Shown here piece by piece: positions 26,386 to 34,929 of a stretch of DNA of 64,000 bases. The notes beneath the pieces were generated by a model. That model was not told where the DNA came from and did no database searches. It worked only from the letters and a program-made list of their open reading frames with translations. The position numbers and the translations under genes are program-made. The stretch comes from an uncultured bacterium (GTDB lineage Bacteria > Edwardsbacteria > AC1 > EtOH8): NCBI GenBank assembly GCA_963780225.1, contig CAWAAX010000006.1:18136-82135 (forward strand), in the 5' to 3' direction. Position 1 is the first letter of the stretch, and the number at the start of each line of letters is the position of its first letter.

Positions 26386-27468
26386 ATGCCAGATATCAAC
26401 CGTCAAAGGATCAACGGCATCAGAAAGGCCCTGGCCTCAAACAAGGCCGACGGCATCATCATCACTAACCTGGTCAACATCAGATACCTGGCTGGTTACA
26501 CCGGAAGCTCCGGATTGTTGTGGATATCAAAGAAGGAGTCTGTATTCTTCACTGATTTTCGCTATCAGGAACAGGTAAAACGGGAGGTGAAGGGGGCCAG
26601 GTGCGTCATCATCAAAAAAGGGCTCTGGGAGGAATTGTTCCTGAACCCCGATTTTAAAAAAGCCCAAAAGATCGGTTTTGAAAAGAACGATTTGAAATAT
26701 TACCAGTATGAACTGCTGCAGAAAGAACTGAAGAAGAAAAAACTGCTGCCGTTATCAGGCCTGACAGAGGAGCTCCGCAAGGTCAAGGTTCAGGACGAAA
26801 TAAAGAACATCGCCCGGGCCGCCGCCATCGCCGACCAGGCCTTCAGCAAGATAGTCAAAATAGTAAAACCGGGAATGACCGAGCTGGAGATAGCCTTTAA
26901 ACTGGAATCGATCATGAAGACCCTGGGGGCCAGCGCCCCTTCGTTCGACACCATAGTCGGTTCCGGGCCCAACAGCGCACTGCCCCATGCCCAGCCGTCG
27001 GTGCGGAAGATACGGAAGGGAGATTTCATCGTCTTCGATTTCGGGGCGGTTTACCGGGGCTATCATTCCGACATGACCCGGACTGTCTGCATTGGAGAAC
27101 CAAGCCCCAAGCACCTGAAGGTCTATGACACCGTGCTTAAATCCCAACTGGCCGGGCTTAAAGCCATCAAGGCCGGGATCAAGGGGATGGAGGCAGACCA
27201 GGCCGCCCGCGCAGTGATCGATGGCGCCGGCTATGCCAAGTACTTCGGCCACGGCCTTGGTCACGGGGTAGGCCTGGAGGTGCACGAGGCCCCGGGGGTG
27301 GGAAGCAAGTCGGTGAATGTATTGCCGGTAAACTCGGTAGTAACGGTGGAACCGGGGGTCTATCTGCCGGGCTGGGGCGGGGTGCGGATCGAGGATCTGG
27401 TGGCGGTCACCGCCAAGGGCTGCCGGATATTAAGCAACTCGCCCAAGGAGCTAATTGTCATCAAGTAG
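26386..27468 (+). CDS. pepP: Xaa-Pro aminopeptidase (M24 family)
   Basis: 'FGHGLGHGVGLEVHEAP' is the M24 metal-binding signature. Confidence 0.85.
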   Translation: MPDINRQRINGIRKALASNKADGIIITNLVNIRYLAGYTGSSGLLWISKKESVFFTDFRYQEQVKREVKGARCVIIKKGLWEELFLNPDFKKAQKIGFEKNDLKYYQYELLQKELKKKKLLPLSGLTEELRKVKVQDEIKNIARAAAIADQAFSKIVKIVKPGMTELEIAFKLESIMKTLGASAPSFDTIVGSGPNSALPHAQPSVRKIRKGDFIVFDFGAVYRGYHSDMTRTVCIGEPSPKHLKVYDTVLKSQLAGLKAIKAGIKGMEADQAARAVIDGAGYAKYFGHGLGHGVGLEVHEAPGVGSKSVNVLPVNSVVTVEPGVYLPGWGGVRIEDLVAVTAKGCRILSNSPKELIVIK

Positions 27469-27475
27469 TTCCTTT

Positions 27476-27922
27476 GCCACAAAGACACTAAGGCACGAAA
27501 ATCATGAATTATCAACCGCTATCAACAGTAGAAGAAGAGCGGGCAAAGAAAATCGTAGATGCCGCATATGCAGTGCATAAAAAACTGGGTCCGGGGTTGC
27601 TGGAAAAAGTATACGAGGTATGTTTTTGGCATGAATTGTCTAAACGGGAATTAAGGTACCAAAGGCAAGTTGATGTACCGATTGTTTATGACGGTATAAC
27701 GTTTGATGAAGGACTATGTTTAGATGTCCTGGTGGAAAACAGCATCATCTGTGAATTGAAAGCCGTAGATGAGATGAATCCAGTCTGGGAAGCACAAATA
27801 CTGAGCCATTTAAAACTAACTGGCAAACGCCTTGGATTTCTCATCAATTTTAATCTGTCAGTTATCAAAAACGGTATTAAACGATTTATTGTATAAACTT
27901 GGTGACTTAGTGTCTTTGTGGC
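27476..27922. repeat. Matched inverted-repeat pair enclosing a GxxExxY gene
   Basis: The left arm gccacaaagacactaaggcacgaaaatc (27476-27503) abuts the ATG. The right arm cttggtgacttagtgtctttgtggc (27898-27922) lies 2 bp after the stop. The 17-bp core gccacaaagacactaag is perfectly complementary. Confidence 0.7.
27504..27896 (+). CDS. GxxExxY family protein, paralog 3
   Basis: 'HKKLGPGLLEKVYEVCF...LDVLVENSIICELKAV' matches the GxxExxY pattern. Confidence 0.8.
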   Translation: MNYQPLSTVEEERAKKIVDAAYAVHKKLGPGLLEKVYEVCFWHELSKRELRYQRQVDVPIVYDGITFDEGLCLDVLVENSIICELKAVDEMNPVWEAQILSHLKLTGKRLGFLINFNLSVIKNGIKRFIV

Positions 27923-27971
27923 GGAAGAGTTCCATCATCAAATAATATACCCAAACTGTTAGGAGGAGAAA

Positions 27972-28529
27972 TTGGCCAGCACTGCGGATCTGAGAAATGG
28001 AATGGTACTGAACTACGAGGGACAGCTTTTTTACACGGTGGAGTTCCAGCACGTCAAACCGGGCAAGGGCGGAGCTTTTGTCCGCACCAAGCTCAAGAAC
28101 GTCAAGACCGGCGCGGTGATCGAGCGGACCTTCCGCTCCGGGGAATCCATCACCGAGGTCAGGCTGGAGCGCCGCAAGATGCAGTACTTGTATAACAGCG
28201 ACGGCATGTACATGCTGATGGACAGCGAGACCTACGAGCAGATCAGCCTGCCCAGGGAACTGTTCAAGGATATCAAGGATTTTTTAAAGGAGAATACCGA
28301 GATCCAGGTACTGCTGCACGGGGAAGCAGCTATCGGAATCGAGATCCCAACCTTTGTCCTCCTGAAAGTTGCTCATTCCGAGCCTGGATTCAAAGGGGAC
28401 ACTGCTTCCTCGGTCACCAAGCCGGCCACCCTGGAGAGCGGGCTGGTGGTCCAGGTGCCCCTGTTCATAAACGAAAATGACCTGCTGAAGATAGACACCA
28501 GAACCGGAAAGTATTTAGAGAGGGCCTAA
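27972..28529 (+). CDS. efp: Elongation factor P
   Basis: 'LRNGMVLNYEGQLFYTVEFQHVKPGKGGAFVRTKLKNVKTG' is canonical EF-P. Confidence 0.95.
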   Translation: MASTADLRNGMVLNYEGQLFYTVEFQHVKPGKGGAFVRTKLKNVKTGAVIERTFRSGESITEVRLERRKMQYLYNSDGMYMLMDSETYEQISLPRELFKDIKDFLKENTEIQVLLHGEAAIGIEIPTFVLLKVAHSEPGFKGDTASSVTKPATLESGLVVQVPLFINENDLLKIDTRTGKYLERA

Positions 28530-28530
28530 A

Positions 28531-29310
28531 ATGGATTTAAAACAAACCTTGGAGCGGATGGTCAAGGAGAATGCATCGGACCTTCATTTAAAGGCTGGCA
28601 TGCCTCCGGTTTTCAGGGTGGACGGATCATTGAAGCCGTTGAACGAGCCGCCCCTTTCCCCCGAGGAACTGAGGCAGGTGGCTCTACAGCTGATGCCCAA
28701 GGACCAGCAGCAGATCTTTGCCGAGGAGAAGGAACTGGACTTCGCCATCGGGGTGGCCGGGCTGGGGCGATTCCGGGTAAATGTTTACATGCAACGCGGT
28801 AGCGTGGCCCTGGCCCTAAGGGCTATTCCGGTTTCGGTTAAAAAAATTGACGAGCTGGCCCTGCCGCCCATCATCAAGGAATTGGCGGTAAGCCACCGGG
28901 GGATGCTGCTGGTTACCGGCACCACCGGTTCCGGCAAATCCACCACCATGGCCGCCATGATAGAGCATGTCAACGAAACCGAAAGCCGGAACATCATCAC
29001 GGTGGAAGACCCGATAGAATTTTTGTTCCGCGATAAAAAGTCCATCATCAGCCAGCGGGAGGTGGGCACCGATACCCTGTCCTTTGCCGCCGCCTTAAAA
29101 CACGTGCTGCGCCAGGACCCGGACGTGATCCTGATCGGGGAGATCCGCGATAAGACCACTTTAGGAACCGCACTTCAGGCTGCTGACACCGGTCATATGG
29201 TGATGAGCACCCTTCATACTCTGAACGCCTCGGAGACCATCAACCGGGTGATCTCCTTCTTCCCCCCCACCAGCACGAGCACATCCGGGTGCTGCTGGCC
29301 GCCACCCTGA
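28531..29310 (+). CDS. pilT: Type IV pilus retraction ATPase PilT, N-terminal 259 aa; frame lost in a poly-C tract
   Basis: It has Walker A 'GTTGSGKST' and PilT motifs. The expected continuation 'FFPPHQHEHIRVLLAATL' is read in the +1 frame after the C-run at 29262-29268. Confidence 0.85.
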   Translation: MDLKQTLERMVKENASDLHLKAGMPPVFRVDGSLKPLNEPPLSPEELRQVALQLMPKDQQQIFAEEKELDFAIGVAGLGRFRVNVYMQRGSVALALRAIPVSVKKIDELALPPIIKELAVSHRGMLLVTGTTGSGKSTTMAAMIEHVNETESRNIITVEDPIEFLFRDKKSIISQREVGTDTLSFAAALKHVLRQDPDVILIGEIRDKTTLGTALQAADTGHMVMSTLHTLNASETINRVISFFPPTSTSTSGCCWPPP

Positions 29311-29648
29311 TCGGGGTGATTAGCCTGCGCCTGCTGCCCCGGGCCGACGGCAAGGGTCGGGTGCCGGCGGTGGAGGTGATGATCAACAACGCCACGGTCA
29401 AGGAACATCTTCTGGATCCGGTCAAGACCTTGATGATCCCCCAGCTGATCTCGGAGGGCAATACCCAGTATGGGATGCAGTCCTTTGACCAGTCAATTAT
29501 GAAACATTACCGTGACGGGATGATCTCTTACGAGACCGCCCTGCAAAGCGTGACCAATGCCGATGAATTCAAGCTCCGCTTGAGGGGCATCGAGAATGCC
29601 TCCGATTCCCGGGGGTGGGATTCATTTGACGCATCGTCCAGGAGATAA
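29289..29648 (+). CDS. pilT: PilT C-terminal segment, frameshifted relative to 28531-29310
   Basis: 'VLLAATLIGVISLRLLPRADGKGRVPAVEVMINNATVKEHLLD' matches the PilT C-terminal region. Confidence 0.8.
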   Translation: MLLAATLIGVISLRLLPRADGKGRVPAVEVMINNATVKEHLLDPVKTLMIPQLISEGNTQYGMQSFDQSIMKHYRDGMISYETALQSVTNADEFKLRLRGIENASDSRGWDSFDASSRR

Positions 29649-29651
29649 AAT

Positions 29652-30377
29652 TTGAGCATCAAAATCGACGTAGCCATCATCCCAGCCGAATTGCCAGAGC
29701 AGTGGTTTTCCGGCAAGGCGGCGGTGGTGATCGACGTATTGCGGGCCTCCACTTCCATGGTGGCGGCGCTGGAAGCCGGGGCCAAGGAGATCATACCCCT
29801 GTCCAGCATAGAGGAAGCCACCAAACTGGCCGAGACCATGGGCCGGGAGACCGTGATCTTGTGCGGCGAGCGCGACGGCAACAAGATCAACGGCTTTGAT
29901 CTGGGGAATTCTCCCCTGGAGTTCACCCCGGAGAACGTCAAAGGCAAAAGCCTTTTAATGGCCACCACTAACGGCACGGTGGCTGTGGCCCGGGCCAAGG
30001 GAGCGGCGCTGATAGCGGTGGGCTGTTTGATAAACGCCAAGGCTTTGATCCCGATGCTGATAAAATCCTCAGACGAAATAGTTCTTTTATGTTCCGGCAA
30101 GCTGGGCCGCGTTTCGATGGAGGATCTGCTCTGCGCCGGATATCTGACCAAGCTGATCAAAGACCAATGTCCCAAGGCTGTGTTCAATGACAGCGCCCGG
30201 GTGGCCCGTGATGTTTACGAAAAGCACAAGGGCCATCTGACCAAGGCCGTTAAGGGAAGCGACCACGGCAGCTATCTGTCCGGCTTGGGTTACCTGACGG
30301 ATATAGAGTATGCTACCCAGCCCGATTCCAGCACTATTGTACCGGTGATGAGGGACGGAAGGATAGTCGTTGGTTAG
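29652..30377 (+). CDS. comB: 2-phosphosulfolactate phosphatase family protein
   Basis: 'AAVVIDVLRASTSMVAAL...ILCGERDG..INGFDLGNSP' is the ComB-family pattern. Confidence 0.75.
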   Translation: MSIKIDVAIIPAELPEQWFSGKAAVVIDVLRASTSMVAALEAGAKEIIPLSSIEEATKLAETMGRETVILCGERDGNKINGFDLGNSPLEFTPENVKGKSLLMATTNGTVAVARAKGAALIAVGCLINAKALIPMLIKSSDEIVLLCSGKLGRVSMEDLLCAGYLTKLIKDQCPKAVFNDSARVARDVYEKHKGHLTKAVKGSDHGSYLSGLGYLTDIEYATQPDSSTIVPVMRDGRIVVG

Positions 30378-30448
30378 GCGATTTTCTTCGTAACGATAGA
30401 AGCAGTTGTGCAAACCCATTAGTTAGACGCAAAAACTCTCTTGAAAAA

Positions 30449-31033
30449 ATGTCACTACTTTCAACCCATTTACATTTAGCAATTTTAGTATTGAACAAAA
30501 AAAAAGGTTCATTTTCTGACCATCCTTATCCTTTTTTGTTGGGCAACATTGCTCCAGATTGTGTGAATTTGAACGACAATACATTATTTTATAAAAGCCA
30601 TTTTGTAGAAGGACATGTAATTAATTGCGCAAAATTTATCGATGATTACTTGCCGCAATTCCAGTCGGAAGAAGAAATATCCTTTATATACGGCTATCAC
30701 TGCCATTTGTGGCTTGACGAATATGATAAAGCCAATAATATAGTAGAATATGGCCATCCCGAAAGTAAAAGTGTAGCAGAACAAAAAACTAATTTGCGGA
30801 ACGAAATAAAAGCAATAGATCGAGATACCATAGTAACGTTTGACAAAACGCTGTATAAGCATGATATTGCAAATTTAAAATTGCCAAATATTGAGCAATC
30901 CGTCAAACGTTATAAAGATATTCTTGAGAATGTATGCTCTTTTGAATACAATATCAGTGGAGTTACAAAGGAAACTTATCATTCCTATTTGCAAAAAGCA
31001 TGTATGGAATATTTAGCGATTTCCTGCAGCTAA
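30449..31033 (+). CDS. Hypothetical protein in an AT-rich island; possible Zn-dependent phospholipase-C-like fold
   Basis: 'STHLHLAI...FLLGNIAPD' weakly resembles the N-terminal His/Asp metal-ligand region of bacterial Zn-PLC-like proteins. Local composition is AT-rich. Confidence 0.3.
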   Translation: MSLLSTHLHLAILVLNKKKGSFSDHPYPFLLGNIAPDCVNLNDNTLFYKSHFVEGHVINCAKFIDDYLPQFQSEEEISFIYGYHCHLWLDEYDKANNIVEYGHPESKSVAEQKTNLRNEIKAIDRDTIVTFDKTLYKHDIANLKLPNIEQSVKRYKDILENVCSFEYNISGVTKETYHSYLQKACMEYLAISCS

Positions 31034-31167
31034 GGTACGTTGGCAGATAGGAGGTTTAGCAATATTTTTATTAATGTTACACCGTTTAAACGGGTTATTA
31101 TCATATGCTAAAATTCAATTCAGGAAAAATCTAATTACTTAATAAATCTTTAGGCTGACCTACTTAA

Positions 31168-33453
31168 ATGAAATCCGACCAAAAAGAAAAAAAATCTTCC
31201 CCGGAATTCAACCGGGGACAGGAGATATTCGGGGTGGCTGTCATAATTGCCGGGCTTTTTATGCTGGTCAGCCTGGTTTCTTTTTCCGGCCAGGACGGGC
31301 ACCTTTGGTCCCAGGGATGGCCCCGCCAGAACTGGGGCGGTCCGCTGGGGGACATGGCGGCCTTCGGGATGATTGGCCTGCTGGGCTATGCCGCATTGCT
31401 GATGCCTTTCTATATACTGGTCTGGGGCTGGTTCTTTGTCCGGCATAAAAAACTTTACCGGCTGCTGTGGAACAGCCTGCTAAGCCTGGCTTTTGTCAGC
31501 TTTGCGCTGGCCATGATCGCCAGACTGAACATTTCCTATTATACCGGCGATCTGGCCGAACCGGGCGGGGCCGGAGGATGGGGAATGCTGCTTTCAAACT
31601 TCATCGGCGGGCTTTTCGGACCGGTGGGTTTCTGGCTGGTGCTGGCCGGGATCTTCATCATACTGCTTTTGATTGGGACGGAGATCAATTTCCAGCACTG
31701 GCTGACGCTGGCTGTGGCCCCGGTGAAAGCCGGATTGGAGAAGGCCAAACCTAAGCCTCTGGGAATCACCTTTAAAAAGAAGCCAGCTGCATCCGAAAAA
31801 CCGGAAAAGGAAACCCTGTCACAGGCTGAAGAACCAGAACCTGTTACGCCACCGGAAAAAACCAAACCGGAGATCAAGGTCTCCACACCTCGACATAGCT
31901 CGGTGCAAGCGCCGGAGAAAAAAGCAAAAACCAAAACCCCGCCCCGGGAGGGAACGGTCTCCGAAGATTATCAGCAAAAATTCCTATCCATATTATACGA
32001 CGACCGGGATCAGGTCAAAATTGATGAGGAGGACAAGTCCTCCATCCTGCTGGAGAAACTCAAGGAGTTCGGGATCGAGGGAGAGATCACCGACCGCTAT
32101 TCCGGGCCAGTGGTCACCAGCTACGAATTCAAGCCGGCCCCGGGGGTCAAGGTCAACCAGATCGCCAATCTTTCCGATGACCTGGCCCTGGCCATGCAGG
32201 CTACCCGGATCCGGATTATCGCCCCCATCCCCGGCAAGGGGGTGGTGGGGATCGAGATCCCCAACCGGCACCGCCAGATGGTGATGCTGAAAGAACTTTT
32301 ATCATCCGATAATTATAAATCCCAGGAAGGCTGTTTGGCTTTTGCCTTGGGAAAGACCATCACCGGAGATTCCTTTTCGGCTGATCTGACCAATATGCCC
32401 CATTTGCTGATAGCCGGAGCCACCGGCAGCGGCAAGAGCGTCTGCCTTAATACCGTCATCACCAGCCTGCTGTACCGGGCCACGCCGGAGGAGCTGCATT
32501 TCATCATGATCGATCCCAAACGGATCGAGCTTTCCATCTACCGGGGCATTCCCCATCTGCAGTTCCAGTACCGGGTGCACGTCAAGGAGGGCGAGGAGCC
32601 AATAACCCGGACGGTGGAGGGCGTGGTCACAGATTCCGACGAGACCCTGCAGATATTCCGGATGGCGGTTTCGGAGATGGATGCCCGCTACAAGATGCTG
32701 GCCAAGGAAGCCTGCCGCAACATCGAGGAATACAATCATAAGTTTGAACGCAAGATGTCGTATCTGGTGATCGTGATTGACGAGCTGGCCGACCTGATGC
32801 TTTCCCGCGAGGCCTCAGAAATAGAGAACCGGATCGCCAAGCTGGCCCAGATGTCCCGAGCCGTGGGCATTCATCTGATCCTGGCCACCCAGCGGCCCTC
32901 GGTGGACGTGATCACCGGAGTGATCAAGGCCAATTTCCCGTCGCGTTTGGCCTTCCAGGTGGCCTCCCGCACCGATTCCCGCACCATCCTGGACGCCAAC
33001 GGGGCCGAAAGCCTTTTGGGCCGGGGAGACATGCTTTACATGCCGCCGGGCAAGGCCGAACCGGAAAGATTGCACGGAGCCTATATCTCCACCAAGGAAA
33101 CCAACCAGATCGTGGATTTTGTCAAATCATGGTATGGAGTGACCGAGGGCCAGGCCGGCGGCAAGGAATCTTCCGCCGCACCGGAACAGGAGAACGGATA
33201 TTCCATGGAGGTTGACCTGCCGCCGGAAGAGGGAGCGGGCCAGGACGGCCAGGATGAATTGTTTACCGAGGCCAAATCATTGGTGATCAGGCATCAGCAG
33301 GGTTCGGTGTCGCTGCTACAGAGACGTTTAAAGATCGGATATTCCCGGGCGGCCCGGTTGATAGACGAGCTGGAGACGGCTCAAGTAGTAGGCCCGTTCG
33401 ATGGAAGCAAAGCCCGCCAGGTATTAATCAAAAACGAGGAGGATGGTGAATGA
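31168..33453 (+). CDS. ftsK: DNA translocase FtsK (N-terminal TM domain, motor domain, C-terminal gamma domain)
   Basis: Walker A 'GATGSGKSV' and the gamma domain 'LVIRHQQGSVSLLQRRLKIGYSRAARLIDELE'. Confidence 0.93.
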   Translation: MKSDQKEKKSSPEFNRGQEIFGVAVIIAGLFMLVSLVSFSGQDGHLWSQGWPRQNWGGPLGDMAAFGMIGLLGYAALLMPFYILVWGWFFVRHKKLYRLLWNSLLSLAFVSFALAMIARLNISYYTGDLAEPGGAGGWGMLLSNFIGGLFGPVGFWLVLAGIFIILLLIGTEINFQHWLTLAVAPVKAGLEKAKPKPLGITFKKKPAASEKPEKETLSQAEEPEPVTPPEKTKPEIKVSTPRHSSVQAPEKKAKTKTPPREGTVSEDYQQKFLSILYDDRDQVKIDEEDKSSILLEKLKEFGIEGEITDRYSGPVVTSYEFKPAPGVKVNQIANLSDDLALAMQATRIRIIAPIPGKGVVGIEIPNRHRQMVMLKELLSSDNYKSQEGCLAFALGKTITGDSFSADLTNMPHLLIAGATGSGKSVCLNTVITSLLYRATPEELHFIMIDPKRIELSIYRGIPHLQFQYRVHVKEGEEPITRTVEGVVTDSDETLQIFRMAVSEMDARYKMLAKEACRNIEEYNHKFERKMSYLVIVIDELADLMLSREASEIENRIAKLAQMSRAVGIHLILATQRPSVDVITGVIKANFPSRLAFQVASRTDSRTILDANGAESLLGRGDMLYMPPGKAEPERLHGAYISTKETNQIVDFVKSWYGVTEGQAGGKESSAAPEQENGYSMEVDLPPEEGAGQDGQDELFTEAKSLVIRHQQGSVSLLQRRLKIGYSRAARLIDELETAQVVGPFDGSKARQVLIKNEEDGE

Positions 33454-34079
33454 GCAAAGTCCTAAAACTGGCGTTGGTGCTGGGTTTGGCCTTTAGCACT
33501 TCAGCCAGCGCCCAAAACTGCGACTCGCTGTTGTTCCAAGTACGTGCGAAATACCAGAAGATCAACGACCTCAAGGCCCATGTGGTGCAGACGGTCTGCA
33601 GCGCGGCCACAGGAACCTGCAGCCGGTACGAGGGAGAACTGGAGCTTAAGCGGCCCAACAAATTGCGAATGGACATCGCCAAACCGGACAAACAGCAGAT
33701 CATCTGCGACGGCAATACCATCTGGCTTTATTTAGTCAATGACAAACAGGTGATGAAATCCGGCCTTAAAAGTTCGCCCCAATTTTTAGTCTGGCTCAAT
33801 CCCTTAGACAAACTGTTGGCGGGCCGGGCCAAGGATGGCTGCCGAAACAATGGCGATTATTTGTTTTTCATGGAATCGGAAGAGCTGAAGGACATCATCA
33901 AAGCCTTAAAAATAGTGGTGGACCGGAAAACCCTTTTGATAATCGGGATTGAAGCGGTCGATGTCAACGGCAACAGTGCCGAATACAGTTTCAGCAAGAT
34001 CAAGGTCAATCCCGGGTTGAAAGATGCCCGTTTTAATTTCATAATCCCAAAAAATGTGGAGATAATTGAAAACCAATGA
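33450..34079 (+). CDS. LolA-like outer-membrane lipoprotein carrier
   Basis: It has a signal peptide 'LALVLGLAFSTSASAQ' and 'LKRPNKLRMD' LolA-like motifs. The ftsK-lolA order is conserved in many bacteria. Confidence 0.6.
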   Translation: MSKVLKLALVLGLAFSTSASAQNCDSLLFQVRAKYQKINDLKAHVVQTVCSAATGTCSRYEGELELKRPNKLRMDIAKPDKQQIICDGNTIWLYLVNDKQVMKSGLKSSPQFLVWLNPLDKLLAGRAKDGCRNNGDYLFFMESEELKDIIKALKIVVDRKTLLIIGIEAVDVNGNSAEYSFSKIKVNPGLKDARFNFIIPKNVEIIENQ

Positions 34080-34570
34080 GCCAGAGTTCATTCGACATAG
34101 TTTCCAAGATCGATCTTCAGGAAATGAAGAATGCGGTCCAGATGGCCCAGAAGGAGATCATCGGGCGCTTTGATTTCAAGGGCACCAACTGCCAGATAGA
34201 GATCATGGAAGACAAGTTGGTGATCCTGGCCTCGGACGAGTTCAAGCGCAAAAGCATGCTGGACATCATATTCAACAAGGTGGTCAAGCGCGGGATCTCC
34301 ATCAAATCGCTGGAGCAGAAGGAACCCCAGCCGGCCGCCAAGAATTACCTGCGCCAGGAACTGGTGTTCGTGCAGGGGATCCCCATGGACAAGGCCAAGG
34401 AGATGGTCAAACGCATCAAGGCCTCGGGGATCAAGGTCCAGGCCCAGATCCAGGACCTGCAGGTGCGGGTCACCGGCAAGGACAAGGACGACCTGCAGCA
34501 GGTGATCGCGTTGTTCCGGCAGGATGATCTGGGGCTGGCATTGCAGTTCACGAATTATAGGTCTACTTGA
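34076..34570 (+). CDS. yajQ: YajQ family (UPF0234) nucleotide/c-di-GMP-binding protein
   Basis: 'SFDIVSKIDLQEMKNAVQMAQKEIIGRFDFKG' is the YajQ signature. Confidence 0.85.
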   Translation: MSQSSFDIVSKIDLQEMKNAVQMAQKEIIGRFDFKGTNCQIEIMEDKLVILASDEFKRKSMLDIIFNKVVKRGISIKSLEQKEPQPAAKNYLRQELVFVQGIPMDKAKEMVKRIKASGIKVQAQIQDLQVRVTGKDKDDLQQVIALFRQDDLGLALQFTNYRST

Positions 34571-34870
34571 CCGCCCCCTAATCCCCCTCCGTTGCGGAGG
34601 GGGAGATAACCATCCCTCTCCACCCTTCGGCTCTGCTCAGGGCAGGCAATGGAGAGGGGTAGGCGATGCACTGAGAAAGACTGCCTTGATACACTTATGA
34701 AGTGGGAGAGGTCCCACCCGCCGGAAGGCGGGTTTTTTGTTTGACCGCCCCCTCATTCCCCACTTTCGTTTGTCAAAGTGTTCTGCCTTTCTCAGTGCAG
34801 GCTCTCCTGGCAGGAGGGGGAGGCTTGTTTTCCCTCCCCTACCAGGGGAGGGGCAGGGGAGAGGTCCAAA
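34567..34870. repeat. Cluster of GC-rich mosaic palindromic repeat modules (GACCGCCCCCT..CCCC, CTCCGTTGCGGAGGGGGAG, ATCCCTCTCCAC..GGAGAGGG, ACTTTCG..CTCAGTGCAGGC)
   Basis: The same modules recur in both orientations at 36594-36838 and 37224-37374. Confidence 0.7.
34717..34741 (+). terminator. Rho-independent terminator after yajQ
   Basis: cccgcc-ggaa-ggcggg followed by ttttttgtttg. Confidence 0.6.
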
Positions 34871-34929
34871 ATATTCCTTGATTTTGTCCCCCTTTGGTTG
34901 TATTCTTATACTAAATGTAACCATTATTT

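Noticed and set aside
29262-29268. Programmed ribosomal frameshift in pilT
   Set aside because: There is no recognisable slippery heptamer or downstream stimulatory structure. The poly-C length error or phase-variation explanations are simpler.
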